Shown here: positions 29,776 to 38,062 of the stretch, piece by piece
Numbering within the stretch: the stretch's first letter is position 1
Layout of the letters: each line of letters starts with the position of its first letter
Assembly (NCBI RefSeq): GCF_004353825.1
Contig: NZ_SMNA01000011.1
Location: forward strand, 1 to 64,000
Origin: Occultella glacieicola
GTDB taxonomy: Bacteria; Actinomycetota; Actinomycetes; Actinomycetales; Beutenbergiaceae
DNA length: 64,000 nt
Direction: 5' to 3'
Notes under the pieces: model-generated
The model's input: the letters and a program-made list of their open reading frames with translations, nothing else
What the model was told of the DNA's origin: nothing
Database searches by the model: none
Translations under genes and position numbers: made by a program

Positions 29776-30510
29776 TCAGAACACCAGCAGCCACTTCTCG
29801 CCGAAGGCGAGCACCGCGGCGGCGATCACGATCAGGTACCAGAGCGCGGTGATGATCCAGCGGTTCCCGACCAGGAACGACCGCAGGCCCGGCCCACCGG
29901 GCAGCGCGCCGTTCTGCACCGAACGCGCCGTGGTGTGCACGAACAACGGGATGATCGCCGCCCAGACCACCAGGCAGTACGGGCACAGCGCCCCGATCTG
30001 GGTGAGCGCCTGGACCTGCAGCCAGGTGACGAACCCGATCGCGAACACGGTCCCGGCGAAGAACCCGCGCCAGTACCAGCGCGGCAGGCGCAGGCCACCC
30101 AGCAGCAGGACCCCGGTCGTGATCACCACGGGGAACGCCACCAGCCCGATCACCACGTTCGGGAAGCCGAATGCGCTGGACTGCTCGCTGGCCAGGAACA
30201 CCCCGCAGCCGATCAGCGGGTTGATGTCGCAGGCGGGCGTGAAGTTCGGGTCGGCGAGGGTCGCGAAGTAGTCCAACGTGAGCCGGATCGAGGCCCACAG
30301 GCCGGCGAGCCCCGCCACCAGGGTGAGGATCGCGAACTCCCGACGAGAACCACCGAGCCGCTCATGCTCGGTCGGTTCACTGCGCGCCCCGGCTGCCGGG
30401 ATCGGCTCGAGCCCGTCGAGGTCGTCATCGGCGAGATGGTCGCCGACCTCGCCGGGAGCCAAGCCGTCGGGTACGTCCGCGCTCGCGCTGGTCGGTTGAT
30501 CCAGGCTCAC
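29776..30510 (-). CDS. Vitamin K epoxide reductase (VKOR) family disulfide-formation protein
   Basis: CDINPLIGC loop cysteines, FGFPN, LCPYC active site, hydrophobic helices. Confidence 0.92.
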   Translation of the reverse strand: MSLDQPTSASADVPDGLAPGEVGDHLADDDLDGLEPIPAAGARSEPTEHERLGGSRREFAILTLVAGLAGLWASIRLTLDYFATLADPNFTPACDINPLIGCGVFLASEQSSAFGFPNVVIGLVAFPVVITTGVLLLGGLRLPRWYWRGFFAGTVFAIGFVTWLQVQALTQIGALCPYCLVVWAAIIPLFVHTTARSVQNGALPGGPGLRSFLVGNRWIITALWYLIVIAAAVLAFGEKWLLVF

Positions 30511-30570
30511 AGTCTTGGCTCCGTCACGTCGGGGATCTCACCTCAAGTATGGGACATGCGCGAGGCCCGC

Positions 30571-32883
30571 TCACTCGTCGGTCGAACCCTGTGCGTCCCC
30601 GGGCACGAACGTATCCGGGACCTCCGGGAACGCGTACCAGTCGGAGAGGTCGACGCTGGTGTCCGGGTCGATGGTGATGAGCCGGTAATCCACCGGCAGG
30701 CCCGCCTCGGGATCCCACCGGATCACGGTCATCACGGACGGGTTCGCCAGCGGCCCGATCGTCGGGGTGCCGCTGCCCGCGCCCGCGGTGCTCGCGGACG
30801 TGTACTGCAGCCCGAGGCCGAGCTGCCGTGGCCCGACCTGCCGATGCAGGTGCCCGGAGATGCTGAGCGTCGCGCACCCGGCCTCGACCGCCTGCCGGCC
30901 CGCGAACGGGCTGTGGATGAGCACGATGTCCACCGGCTCCCCGTCCTCATCGAGGCGGCAGGCCTCCTGACTGATCCGGTTGCCCATCTGGTTGATCGTC
31001 TCGTCCCGCTCCGGGCGGGTCGGCGCCCCGAGCGAGGTGAGCGTGGGGTCGGTGTCACCGAGGATCCGGATGCCCTGCACGTCGACCGGCTCACCGTGGA
31101 GCACGGTCCAGCCGGCCGCGGCCTCCTGCTCGGCCGTGGTGACCGAGTCGTGGTTGCCGTCCGAGACGACGACCGGGACGCCGTCGGGGATCCCGCGTGC
31201 GAAGGCGTTCACGCAGTACGACTCGACCGAGGTGCCACCCATCACGGTGTCTCCGGCGTTCAGCACGAGCGAGGCCTCCGACGCGGTCACCGCCGCCCCG
31301 ACCACCGGGGCCATGCCGACGTTGCAGTGCAGGTCGCTGACCAGCAGCATCGTGACGAGATCGGGGTCCGCCTCGGTGGTCTCGGACTCGTCGGCGCCGG
31401 GGCCGTCGGCAGGCCCGTCCGCGTCGGCGCCCTGGGCGTCGGTGGCGTCCGCGTCGGCGCCCGACGGCGACGCGTCCGTTCCGGTGGCGGCGTCGCCGGA
31501 GTCCGTGGTCGGGTCGCCCGAGCCCGTCGGGTCGCCGGTGGACGTGGCGTCGCCCGGAGCTGTGGTCGCGTCGCTGGCGAGGTCGGTCGGCCCGGTCCCG
31601 GAGTCCGGCGGGCTCTCCTGCGGGGTCTCCCCCTCGGCCGGCCCGAGCGGCTCATCCTCAGCCGCGTAGGCGGCCTCGAGGTTCGTCTGCGCCTGGGCGT
31701 AGAACTCGGTGTTGTCGTTGATGGCGTCCACCACGTAGCCGCCGTAGTGGTCCACCAGGGTCGCCAGCCGCCCGGTGATCCGCGCCTCGGCGAGCGGGGT
31801 GTCCGCGAGGATCCGCGAGGTCCGGCCCACACCCCCCGAGGTCTGGGTCGCCTCCACCAGCGGCAGCGCGACGAGCGCCACTGCGAGGGCGATACTGACG
31901 GCGGGCACACCCTGCTGATGCCACGCGCTCTTGACGGCGTCGCGGAGCACGCCGTGGGCTGCCAACCGCCCGAGCGCGACGGCCACCAGGAGCAGCGACC
32001 AGTACAGGATCCACCGCGACACGATGTCCAGGGCGAGCCCGTAGGCGGCGTCCTCGATCGCGGCCTGCGGGTTGGCGAGGAACTGGCTGTAGCTGGTGAG
32101 ATCGGCGGTGAGGCCGGCGACCGGGTTGGTCTCCGGGGTGCTCAGCTCGATCGGGATCTCCTTGACGAGCACGTCCACGCCGAGGTTCAGCGGCAGCGGT
32201 GAGTCGATGATCAGGGCCCCGAGTGGGCCCATGTCCACCTGGATCTCACCGTTCAGACGCACCGTGTAGTCGGCCCGGTGCGGGCCGAGGGAGCCCTCGA
32301 AGTCCGCGGTCATCAGTCCAGCGAACAGCGACAGCACCCCGCTGAGCACGAACGCGACGACCACCCGGATCGTCCGGCGCGTGCGCGGCCGCAACTGGTG
32401 CCACCACTCGAACCGCCGGCGCCCAGGCTGTGCGTCGCCCGGTTCGGTCACCGTCGGGTCGTCGGCCGATCCGCTCGCGCGGTTCGCCGTGACGGCCGTG
32501 CCACCGGCCGGGTCGACGGGCCCAGGTGCGGGGTCGGCAGGCTCTGCCGCCGGGTCGGCAGTCGAGCCGACCGAACCGTCGTCGGCATCCTCTGCCGCTT
32601 CCCCCGACCCGCCGCCGTCCGGGCAGACCGAACCAGCACCGGCCTCGTCCGGGCCGACCGAACCAGCACCGGCCTCGTCCGGGCCGACCGAACCAGCACC
32701 GGCCTCGTCCGTGCCCCCCGCCGACGATCCATCCTCCGGAGCGACTGAACCTGCACCCTCATGGTCTGCGGCCTGCCCTGTGGCACCGTCAGCGCCAGAC
32801 CCGGCGGGGCTCGTTGGACCGTCGGGTCGGTCGACCTCGTCCGGAGTCCGGCCGTCGTCGCTCTGGTCGGGCTTGTCGCTCAT
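30571..32883 (-). CDS. Membrane-anchored metallophosphoesterase
   Basis: SDLH, AGD, GNHD, IHSP, SGHLH motifs; TM segments; long acidic disordered regions. Confidence 0.85.
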   Translation of the reverse strand: MSDKPDQSDDGRTPDEVDRPDGPTSPAGSGADGATGQAADHEGAGSVAPEDGSSAGGTDEAGAGSVGPDEAGAGSVGPDEAGAGSVCPDGGGSGEAAEDADDGSVGSTADPAAEPADPAPGPVDPAGGTAVTANRASGSADDPTVTEPGDAQPGRRRFEWWHQLRPRTRRTIRVVVAFVLSGVLSLFAGLMTADFEGSLGPHRADYTVRLNGEIQVDMGPLGALIIDSPLPLNLGVDVLVKEIPIELSTPETNPVAGLTADLTSYSQFLANPQAAIEDAAYGLALDIVSRWILYWSLLLVAVALGRLAAHGVLRDAVKSAWHQQGVPAVSIALAVALVALPLVEATQTSGGVGRTSRILADTPLAEARITGRLATLVDHYGGYVVDAINDNTEFYAQAQTNLEAAYAAEDEPLGPAEGETPQESPPDSGTGPTDLASDATTAPGDATSTGDPTGSGDPTTDSGDAATGTDASPSGADADATDAQGADADGPADGPGADESETTEADPDLVTMLLVSDLHCNVGMAPVVGAAVTASEASLVLNAGDTVMGGTSVESYCVNAFARGIPDGVPVVVSDGNHDSVTTAEQEAAAGWTVLHGEPVDVQGIRILGDTDPTLTSLGAPTRPERDETINQMGNRISQEACRLDEDGEPVDIVLIHSPFAGRQAVEAGCATLSISGHLHRQVGPRQLGLGLQYTSASTAGAGSGTPTIGPLANPSVMTVIRWDPEAGLPVDYRLITIDPDTSVDLSDWYAFPEVPDTFVPGDAQGSTDE
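32616..32711. repeat. 30-bp coding tandem repeat (about 3 copies, DEAGAGSVGP)
   Basis: CGTCCGGGCCGACCGAACCAGCACCGGCCT repeated. Confidence 0.85.
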
Positions 32884-33122
32884 AGGTCGATTTTCACATT
32901 GACCCAGGACTCCGCGCGCACCCGGCCACGCTACGGTCCTGGCGCAGATCCGCAAGCCCGGGGACTCCCCTCGTGGCGGCCCGTGTGCGGCGGTCACGCC
33001 ACCTCGCGCGTCCGCACGCACCCTGTGGACGGCCCGTCACCAAGGCGTCACGGACCTCGGTTCTGCCTGCTCGCGACTCCTTGGTGTCCCAGCATTCACA
33101 ACGGAAATCAGGATTCTGGCGA

Positions 33123-33144
33123 TGTCGGTGGGTCGTCCTAGGGT
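33123..33144 (+). promoter_or_regulatory. RecA-NDp / PafBC-type DNA-damage promoter
   Basis: TGTCGG-N10-TAGGGT fits the TGTCGG-N10-TA-N3-T consensus. Confidence 0.75.
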
Positions 33145-33155
33145 AGAACCAGCAA

Positions 33156-33171
33156 TCGAACATGCGTCCGA
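33156..33171. promoter_or_regulatory. LexA SOS box (actinobacterial type)
   Basis: TCGAAC-ATGC-GTCCGA, one mismatch from TCGAAC-N4-GTTCGA. Confidence 0.75.
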
Positions 33172-33213
33172 GTGATATGAGGCACGAGCGTCACAGAGGG
33201 GAGGTGAGCGCAC

Positions 33214-35694
33214 ATGGACGACACAGACACCGGCACCGGCGGCATCCAGGGCACCCGCGGCCCTTCGAATTCGGCCGTGGCGCTCGCGTCCCGCTTGCAC
33301 CTGCCCCTCGGTCACCTGCTGGGTGCGTCGCTGGACGACAAGCTGATCGCCCTCGAGGCGCTGACCAAGTCCATCACGTGCGCCGACCCGATCGACGAAG
33401 CCGACCGGTACGGGGCCACTTTCCTGGGCCAGGCGGCGCTCCGGGCCCACTTGATCTCGGAGTCCCTGACCGGTGCCCAGCTCGACTGGATGGGTCTCGA
33501 GGAAGAGGCCGGCACCTGGGATCCCTCGCGGGGATTCCGCACCTACCCCCACTTCGTCGCGAAGACGTTCGGCATCTCCGGCGCCAACGCTCGCCGTCTG
33601 GTCACGCTGGCCAAGGGTCTCCGCAACAGCCTGCCCGCGACCCGGCGGCGCCTGCGCGCCGGGCAGATCGGCGTCGATCAGGCACAGATCCTGCTCAAGG
33701 CCATCGCCACCGAGGCCACCGCCGAGTCCCTCCAACTACCCTCCAGCCCGGCCGAGGCCACGTCCACGGGGTGCGCGAGCAGTGCGGACACCACCGGCAC
33801 GGCGCCCGCGACGACGGATACCGAGCCGGGCACTGGCGCAAAGGACACCACGGAGCCGGGCGCCGGTCCGGACGGAACCGATGATGTCGCCGAGCCGGAC
33901 GACGCTCCCGTGGCCGACGCTGCCGACGGTGACATATCCGGCGCCGACCCGGCTGACGACCGCCGTCGGGCCGACGGAACTACCGAGAGGCGGGCGCCGA
34001 CGGTCGAGGAACTCCTGCTTGATCACGCCGCCATGCGCTCCCCCGAGGACCTGCGCAAACTCGTCGATCACTATGTCGCCGTCGCAGATCCGGACGCCAC
34101 CGACAAGGCTCACCGGCAGGCCGCCGACCGCGAGTACCTCAGCGTCGACCGCACCCTGGGCGGTTACAACGTGGCCGGGTTCCTGACGATCGAACACGGT
34201 CAGTACATCCGCACCGCCCTCGAGTCCGTGATGGGGCCGCCCGCGGCCGGCGAGACCCGGACCGCCGCCCAGCGGCGCGCCCAGGCCCTCGCAGACCTCG
34301 CCCACACCGCCCTCGACCAGGGCAAGGTCGGCACGTCGGCCTCAGTGCGCCCCCATGTGGGCGTCCTGATCAGCACGCCCGAGTTCCTCGACCTCGTCCG
34401 CAGCACCGAAGCCGCCGAGGCGGCGGGCGGAGTCGGCCGAGGTCCCGCTGCAGGCCCGGAGACGATCGCCGACCCCCTGCCCGGGCTGGCGCCCACCGCC
34501 GACCCGATCATCGACAACCCTCCTCCGGGCGCGGCTCAGACAGGCGCGACGCCGGCGGTGCCCGGTCCGGCGGTGCCCGGTCCGGCGGTGCCCGGCCCAG
34601 TGGTGCCCGGTCTAGCGGTGCCCGGTCCGGCGGTGCCCGGCCCAGTGGTGCCCGGTCTAGCGGTGCCCGGTCCGGCGGTGCCCGGTCCGGCGGTGCCCGG
34701 TCTAGCGGTGCCCGGTCCGGCGGTGCCCGGTCCAGTGGTGCCCGGTCCCTTGACCGCGGATTCAGGCGCCGCTGCCGACCCCGAGCCTGGCCCCGACGCG
34801 CCCGCGTCATCTCCCGAGCAGCACACCGGCGTCGGTTCGGACGAACCGGCCTCGCACGAGCCCCCGAACGCCACCGGTGGACCCGCGGCACCATCCGGGG
34901 AACCCAGCCCCTGCGATGGGACGGCTCCGCCCACCCGCCGAACGGGCGTCACCGGGTCGCCGAGTCGACCCACTGGCACCGCTGTGCCTGCCACGTCGAC
35001 CACCGACGCCAGCACCGCCACGCCCACCATGCCGACCACTGACGCCACCGGCGCCAACTCGGCCACGTCGCCCTGCAGACCGCCGAGCGACGCCACCGGC
35101 ACCGCCCTGCCCACCACGCCGACCACCGACGCCAGCACCGCCACGCCGCCCATCGACGCCACCGGCACCGCCACGCCGCCCACCACCGACGCCACCCTGC
35201 CGCTTGGATCCGTCGCCCAGACGAGGGGCAGCGCCATCAGTTCCACCGGGCGGGACTGGGCCGCTCTCCTGGCCTCCGGTCCCGCGACGTTCATCGACAA
35301 CACCGGCCCCGTCCCCCGCGACCTGCTCGAGCGCATGATCAACTGCCACGGGGAGATCTACCGCATCATCTTCGGGCCCGACAACGAAGTCCTCAACCAC
35401 GGTCGCGCCCACCGCCTCTTCACGGCCCACCAACGCCGCGCCCTGGTCGCCCGCGACCGCCACTGCGTCCACCTCGACTGCACCGCCCCGCCGGAACGCT
35501 GCGAGTCCCACCACGGCGCCCGGGCGTTCGCCGACGGCGGCAACACCGACCTGCACGACGGCTGCCTCCTCTGCTACCACCACCACGCCTGGGTGCACGC
35601 CCACAACATCACCATGAGGAGAATCAACGGGACCTGGCACTTCTACAAGCCCGACGGCACCGAGATCCGACCCACCAAGCCGCCCTGGAACTGA
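33214..35694 (+). CDS. DUF222 + HNH endonuclease-signature protein (13E12-repeat-like family)
   Basis: RTAAQRRAQALADL, RPHV, HGRAHRLFTAHQRRALVARDRHC, CESHH, GGNTD, LLCYHHH; GGAGG RBS. Confidence 0.88.
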   Translation: MDDTDTGTGGIQGTRGPSNSAVALASRLHLPLGHLLGASLDDKLIALEALTKSITCADPIDEADRYGATFLGQAALRAHLISESLTGAQLDWMGLEEEAGTWDPSRGFRTYPHFVAKTFGISGANARRLVTLAKGLRNSLPATRRRLRAGQIGVDQAQILLKAIATEATAESLQLPSSPAEATSTGCASSADTTGTAPATTDTEPGTGAKDTTEPGAGPDGTDDVAEPDDAPVADAADGDISGADPADDRRRADGTTERRAPTVEELLLDHAAMRSPEDLRKLVDHYVAVADPDATDKAHRQAADREYLSVDRTLGGYNVAGFLTIEHGQYIRTALESVMGPPAAGETRTAAQRRAQALADLAHTALDQGKVGTSASVRPHVGVLISTPEFLDLVRSTEAAEAAGGVGRGPAAGPETIADPLPGLAPTADPIIDNPPPGAAQTGATPAVPGPAVPGPAVPGPVVPGLAVPGPAVPGPVVPGLAVPGPAVPGPAVPGLAVPGPAVPGPVVPGPLTADSGAAADPEPGPDAPASSPEQHTGVGSDEPASHEPPNATGGPAAPSGEPSPCDGTAPPTRRTGVTGSPSRPTGTAVPATSTTDASTATPTMPTTDATGANSATSPCRPPSDATGTALPTTPTTDASTATPPIDATGTATPPTTDATLPLGSVAQTRGSAISSTGRDWAALLASGPATFIDNTGPVPRDLLERMINCHGEIYRIIFGPDNEVLNHGRAHRLFTAHQRRALVARDRHCVHLDCTAPPERCESHHGARAFADGGNTDLHDGCLLCYHHHAWVHAHNITMRRINGTWHFYKPDGTEIRPTKPPWN
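34552..34748. repeat. 15-bp coding VNTR, 13 x VPG(P/L)(A/V)
   Basis: GCGGTGCCCGGTCCG and variants in tandem. Confidence 0.95.
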
Positions 35695-35723
35695 GCCGAC
35701 GCATGGCTCGCACCTTCTGCCGG

Positions 35724-35892
35724 CGATGACGATCGGCCGGTCCGACCGCGACCACGGTCAGTCGGTTCGACGGACCGGCCAACGGTCAGTCCGGTCCCGA
35801 AACGGCCAGGCAGTCCGGCCGACATCGACGGACCGGCCGACATCGACGGACCGGCCGGCGACAATGATCGGCCGGTCCGGCGACCGACGGCC
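35724..35892. repeat. Intergenic patch of short direct and inverted repeats
   Basis: GACGGACCGGCC x3, inverted GATCGGCCGGTCCG x2, tandem 18-mer CCGGCCGACATCGACGGA x2. Confidence 0.65.
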
Positions 35893-35901
35893 ACCGTGCA
35901 C

Positions 35902-37842
35902 CTACTGGTAGCTCACGAAGTCCGGCATCGGGGTCACCGCGTAGGTCTGGGCCGGTGTGAGCGTCGGCTGATCCTCGTCGATGAAGTTCTTCCAGCCCCA
36001 GTGGACGCCTGCCGGGGCATTGACGTGCAGCGCGGACCAGGTCCCGGCCTTCGCCGCCTGGGTCCCCTGCCCGTCGGCGTGGATGAGCAGCGCCACCTCG
36101 GCGCGGCTGGTGTCGAGGTTCTCGCGGCCCTCGATCATCGACACGCTGAACTGGTGCAGCACGATCAGCTTCTGGGGCAGCCGGTTCTCCCGGACGAAGT
36201 CGGCGAGGTACGTCACGACCGAGTTCACCTCGTCGATGCCGACGTGCCCGATCTGGCGCAGGTGCACCTGGTCCGACTCGAGCCGCCACTCCGGGTCGAG
36301 CGCGATGCCCACGTTCGGGTACCGCAACAGTGACTCGTACGCCTGGACCTGCTCGAGGAAGCTCGTCCGGCCCGGTTGGAAGTCCAGCACCACGTACTGG
36401 CCGGCCGCCTGCGCGGCCTCGATCATCGGGACGAACCCCTCGGCCGGCCACTCGTTGGAGTAGTTGCCGTCCTCCCCGGCGCTGCCCGAAGCCACCGTCA
36501 CGATGATCTCGAGCGCGGGCACGACCGTGTCCTCGGTGAGCGGCTGGTACGTGGCGGCGACGGCTGCGGCGCGCTCGACCGTCGCGGGGGTGTCCTGCTC
36601 GCCGAGCAGCCCAAGCGACGCCGTATGTGGACTCCCGTACAGGGCGACGTACCTCTTCCCGTCGAAGACCAGCTGCCCGCCGCCAGGAAGCTGCGTGCCG
36701 GTGGCCGCAGTCTCGCTCTGCCAGGCGAACTGGGTCAGGTCGCCATAGGTGGTTCCGATGCCGACGACCGACGTCGCCGACGCCAGCGCCGCCATCGCCT
36801 CCGACGAGGCCCGTGGGTCCCCCGCGATCACCAGGACCGTGCCGCCGGCGGCCCGCACGGTCCCGACCGCGGCCGCTTGCACCGGGTCGCCGTCCGCGAG
36901 CGCGAGGACGCCCTCGAGCCGCTCGGTCGCCTCGAGCTCGGGCATCTCGCCGACCGCCTCCGGCGTCTCACCCGGGTCGACGGGGTCGCTCGGGTCGGGG
37001 TCGGAGCCCTCGCCCGCTGCGGTGGTGCCGGTGTCCTCCGGTGCGTCGGCGGGCGAGCCGTCGGCCGTCGGGGTGGCAGCTCCGTCGGAGCCGGCGTCGG
37101 CAGGGTCGGTCGACGCCGGGTCGGACGCCGCAGGATCGGACGCCGCGGGGTCGGTGCCGGCAGGATCGGTGCCGGCCGGATCGGTACCGGCGGAACTGGC
37201 GTCGGCAGGGTCGGTCCCGGCCGGGTCGGTGCCGGCCGGCGACTCGCTCGGGTCGGGCTCAGCGTCCGCGGAACCCTCGGGTAGCACCTGGTCCGTGGGG
37301 AGCGCCGCCAACGCGGCGACCTCGCCACCGGCCGGTGCGGCCTCGGCCTCGGTCAGGTCCAGCCCGAGCAGTTCGCCGAGGTCGCCCACGTCCGCGGGCG
37401 CGGGCGCGATGGTCAGCCCGGTGATGTCGAAGGATTCCAGCACCACACCGCCGACCGTGACCACGGCGCCGACACCGAGCCGGACCCACTCCTGCTCGAC
37501 GCCGATGTCGTCGACGCCGGTGAGGAGCACGGGCACGCCCAGCGCCGACCCGATCGACGCCGCCCGGGCGCTCGCGGAGACGTCGGCAGCGGGCGCGACC
37601 ACGGCAACCTGCGCGGACTCGAAGAACGCCTGGCTGGCCATCATGGCCAGCTCGCTCGCCTCACTGGAGGCGAACAGGGTGGTCGGTTCGGTCGGTGGCT
37701 GCGGCACTCCGGCCGGCCGCGGCGCCTGGGAGGTCGTCGGGCTCGACGGGTCGGGGTCCAGGTTCACGTTCCCGTCGCAGCCCGCCAGGAGCAGCAGGGC
37801 GGCCGCGACCGCGGCCCACCACGCGCGCGAACGATGACGCAA
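35902..37842 (-). CDS. Lipoprotein of unknown function with an enzyme-like C-terminal domain
   Basis: LLLLAGC lipobox after a TTG start with GGGAG; DPAGT/DPAAS linker repeats; C-terminal VALYG, VLDFQPGR, ALDPEWR, LHQF, HADGQG, WGWKNF. Confidence 0.7.
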   Translation of the reverse strand: MRHRSRAWWAAVAAALLLLAGCDGNVNLDPDPSSPTTSQAPRPAGVPQPPTEPTTLFASSEASELAMMASQAFFESAQVAVVAPAADVSASARAASIGSALGVPVLLTGVDDIGVEQEWVRLGVGAVVTVGGVVLESFDITGLTIAPAPADVGDLGELLGLDLTEAEAAPAGGEVAALAALPTDQVLPEGSADAEPDPSESPAGTDPAGTDPADASSAGTDPAGTDPAGTDPAASDPAASDPASTDPADAGSDGAATPTADGSPADAPEDTGTTAAGEGSDPDPSDPVDPGETPEAVGEMPELEATERLEGVLALADGDPVQAAAVGTVRAAGGTVLVIAGDPRASSEAMAALASATSVVGIGTTYGDLTQFAWQSETAATGTQLPGGGQLVFDGKRYVALYGSPHTASLGLLGEQDTPATVERAAAVAATYQPLTEDTVVPALEIIVTVASGSAGEDGNYSNEWPAEGFVPMIEAAQAAGQYVVLDFQPGRTSFLEQVQAYESLLRYPNVGIALDPEWRLESDQVHLRQIGHVGIDEVNSVVTYLADFVRENRLPQKLIVLHQFSVSMIEGRENLDTSRAEVALLIHADGQGTQAAKAGTWSALHVNAPAGVHWGWKNFIDEDQPTLTPAQTYAVTPMPDFVSYQ

Positions 37843-38062
37843 AGGGATCTCCCGCCCGGGTTCTCGAGTGTCTGGCGACCCCGTCACCCGGGGCACCACC
37901 ACTGTACGCAATGGACCTGAACGTCCGGGGTGTGATCCCGGTCGCCCGGGCGCCCACCGGGCCCGGTCGCCCACTCCGCATGCCCACCCGCCGGGCTCCG
38001 TCCGGCGGGCGCGCCACCGCCTCCCCAGGGGCGGCCGGTACCTCGTCCGCCTCCTTCGCGTC

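Noticed and set aside
34552..34748. CRISPR or iteron array
   Set aside because: Contiguous in-frame 15-bp units without spacers; a coding VNTR
33214..35694. Insertion sequence or prophage gene
   Set aside because: No DDE/HUH motifs, terminal inverted repeats, target duplication or phage neighbours identified
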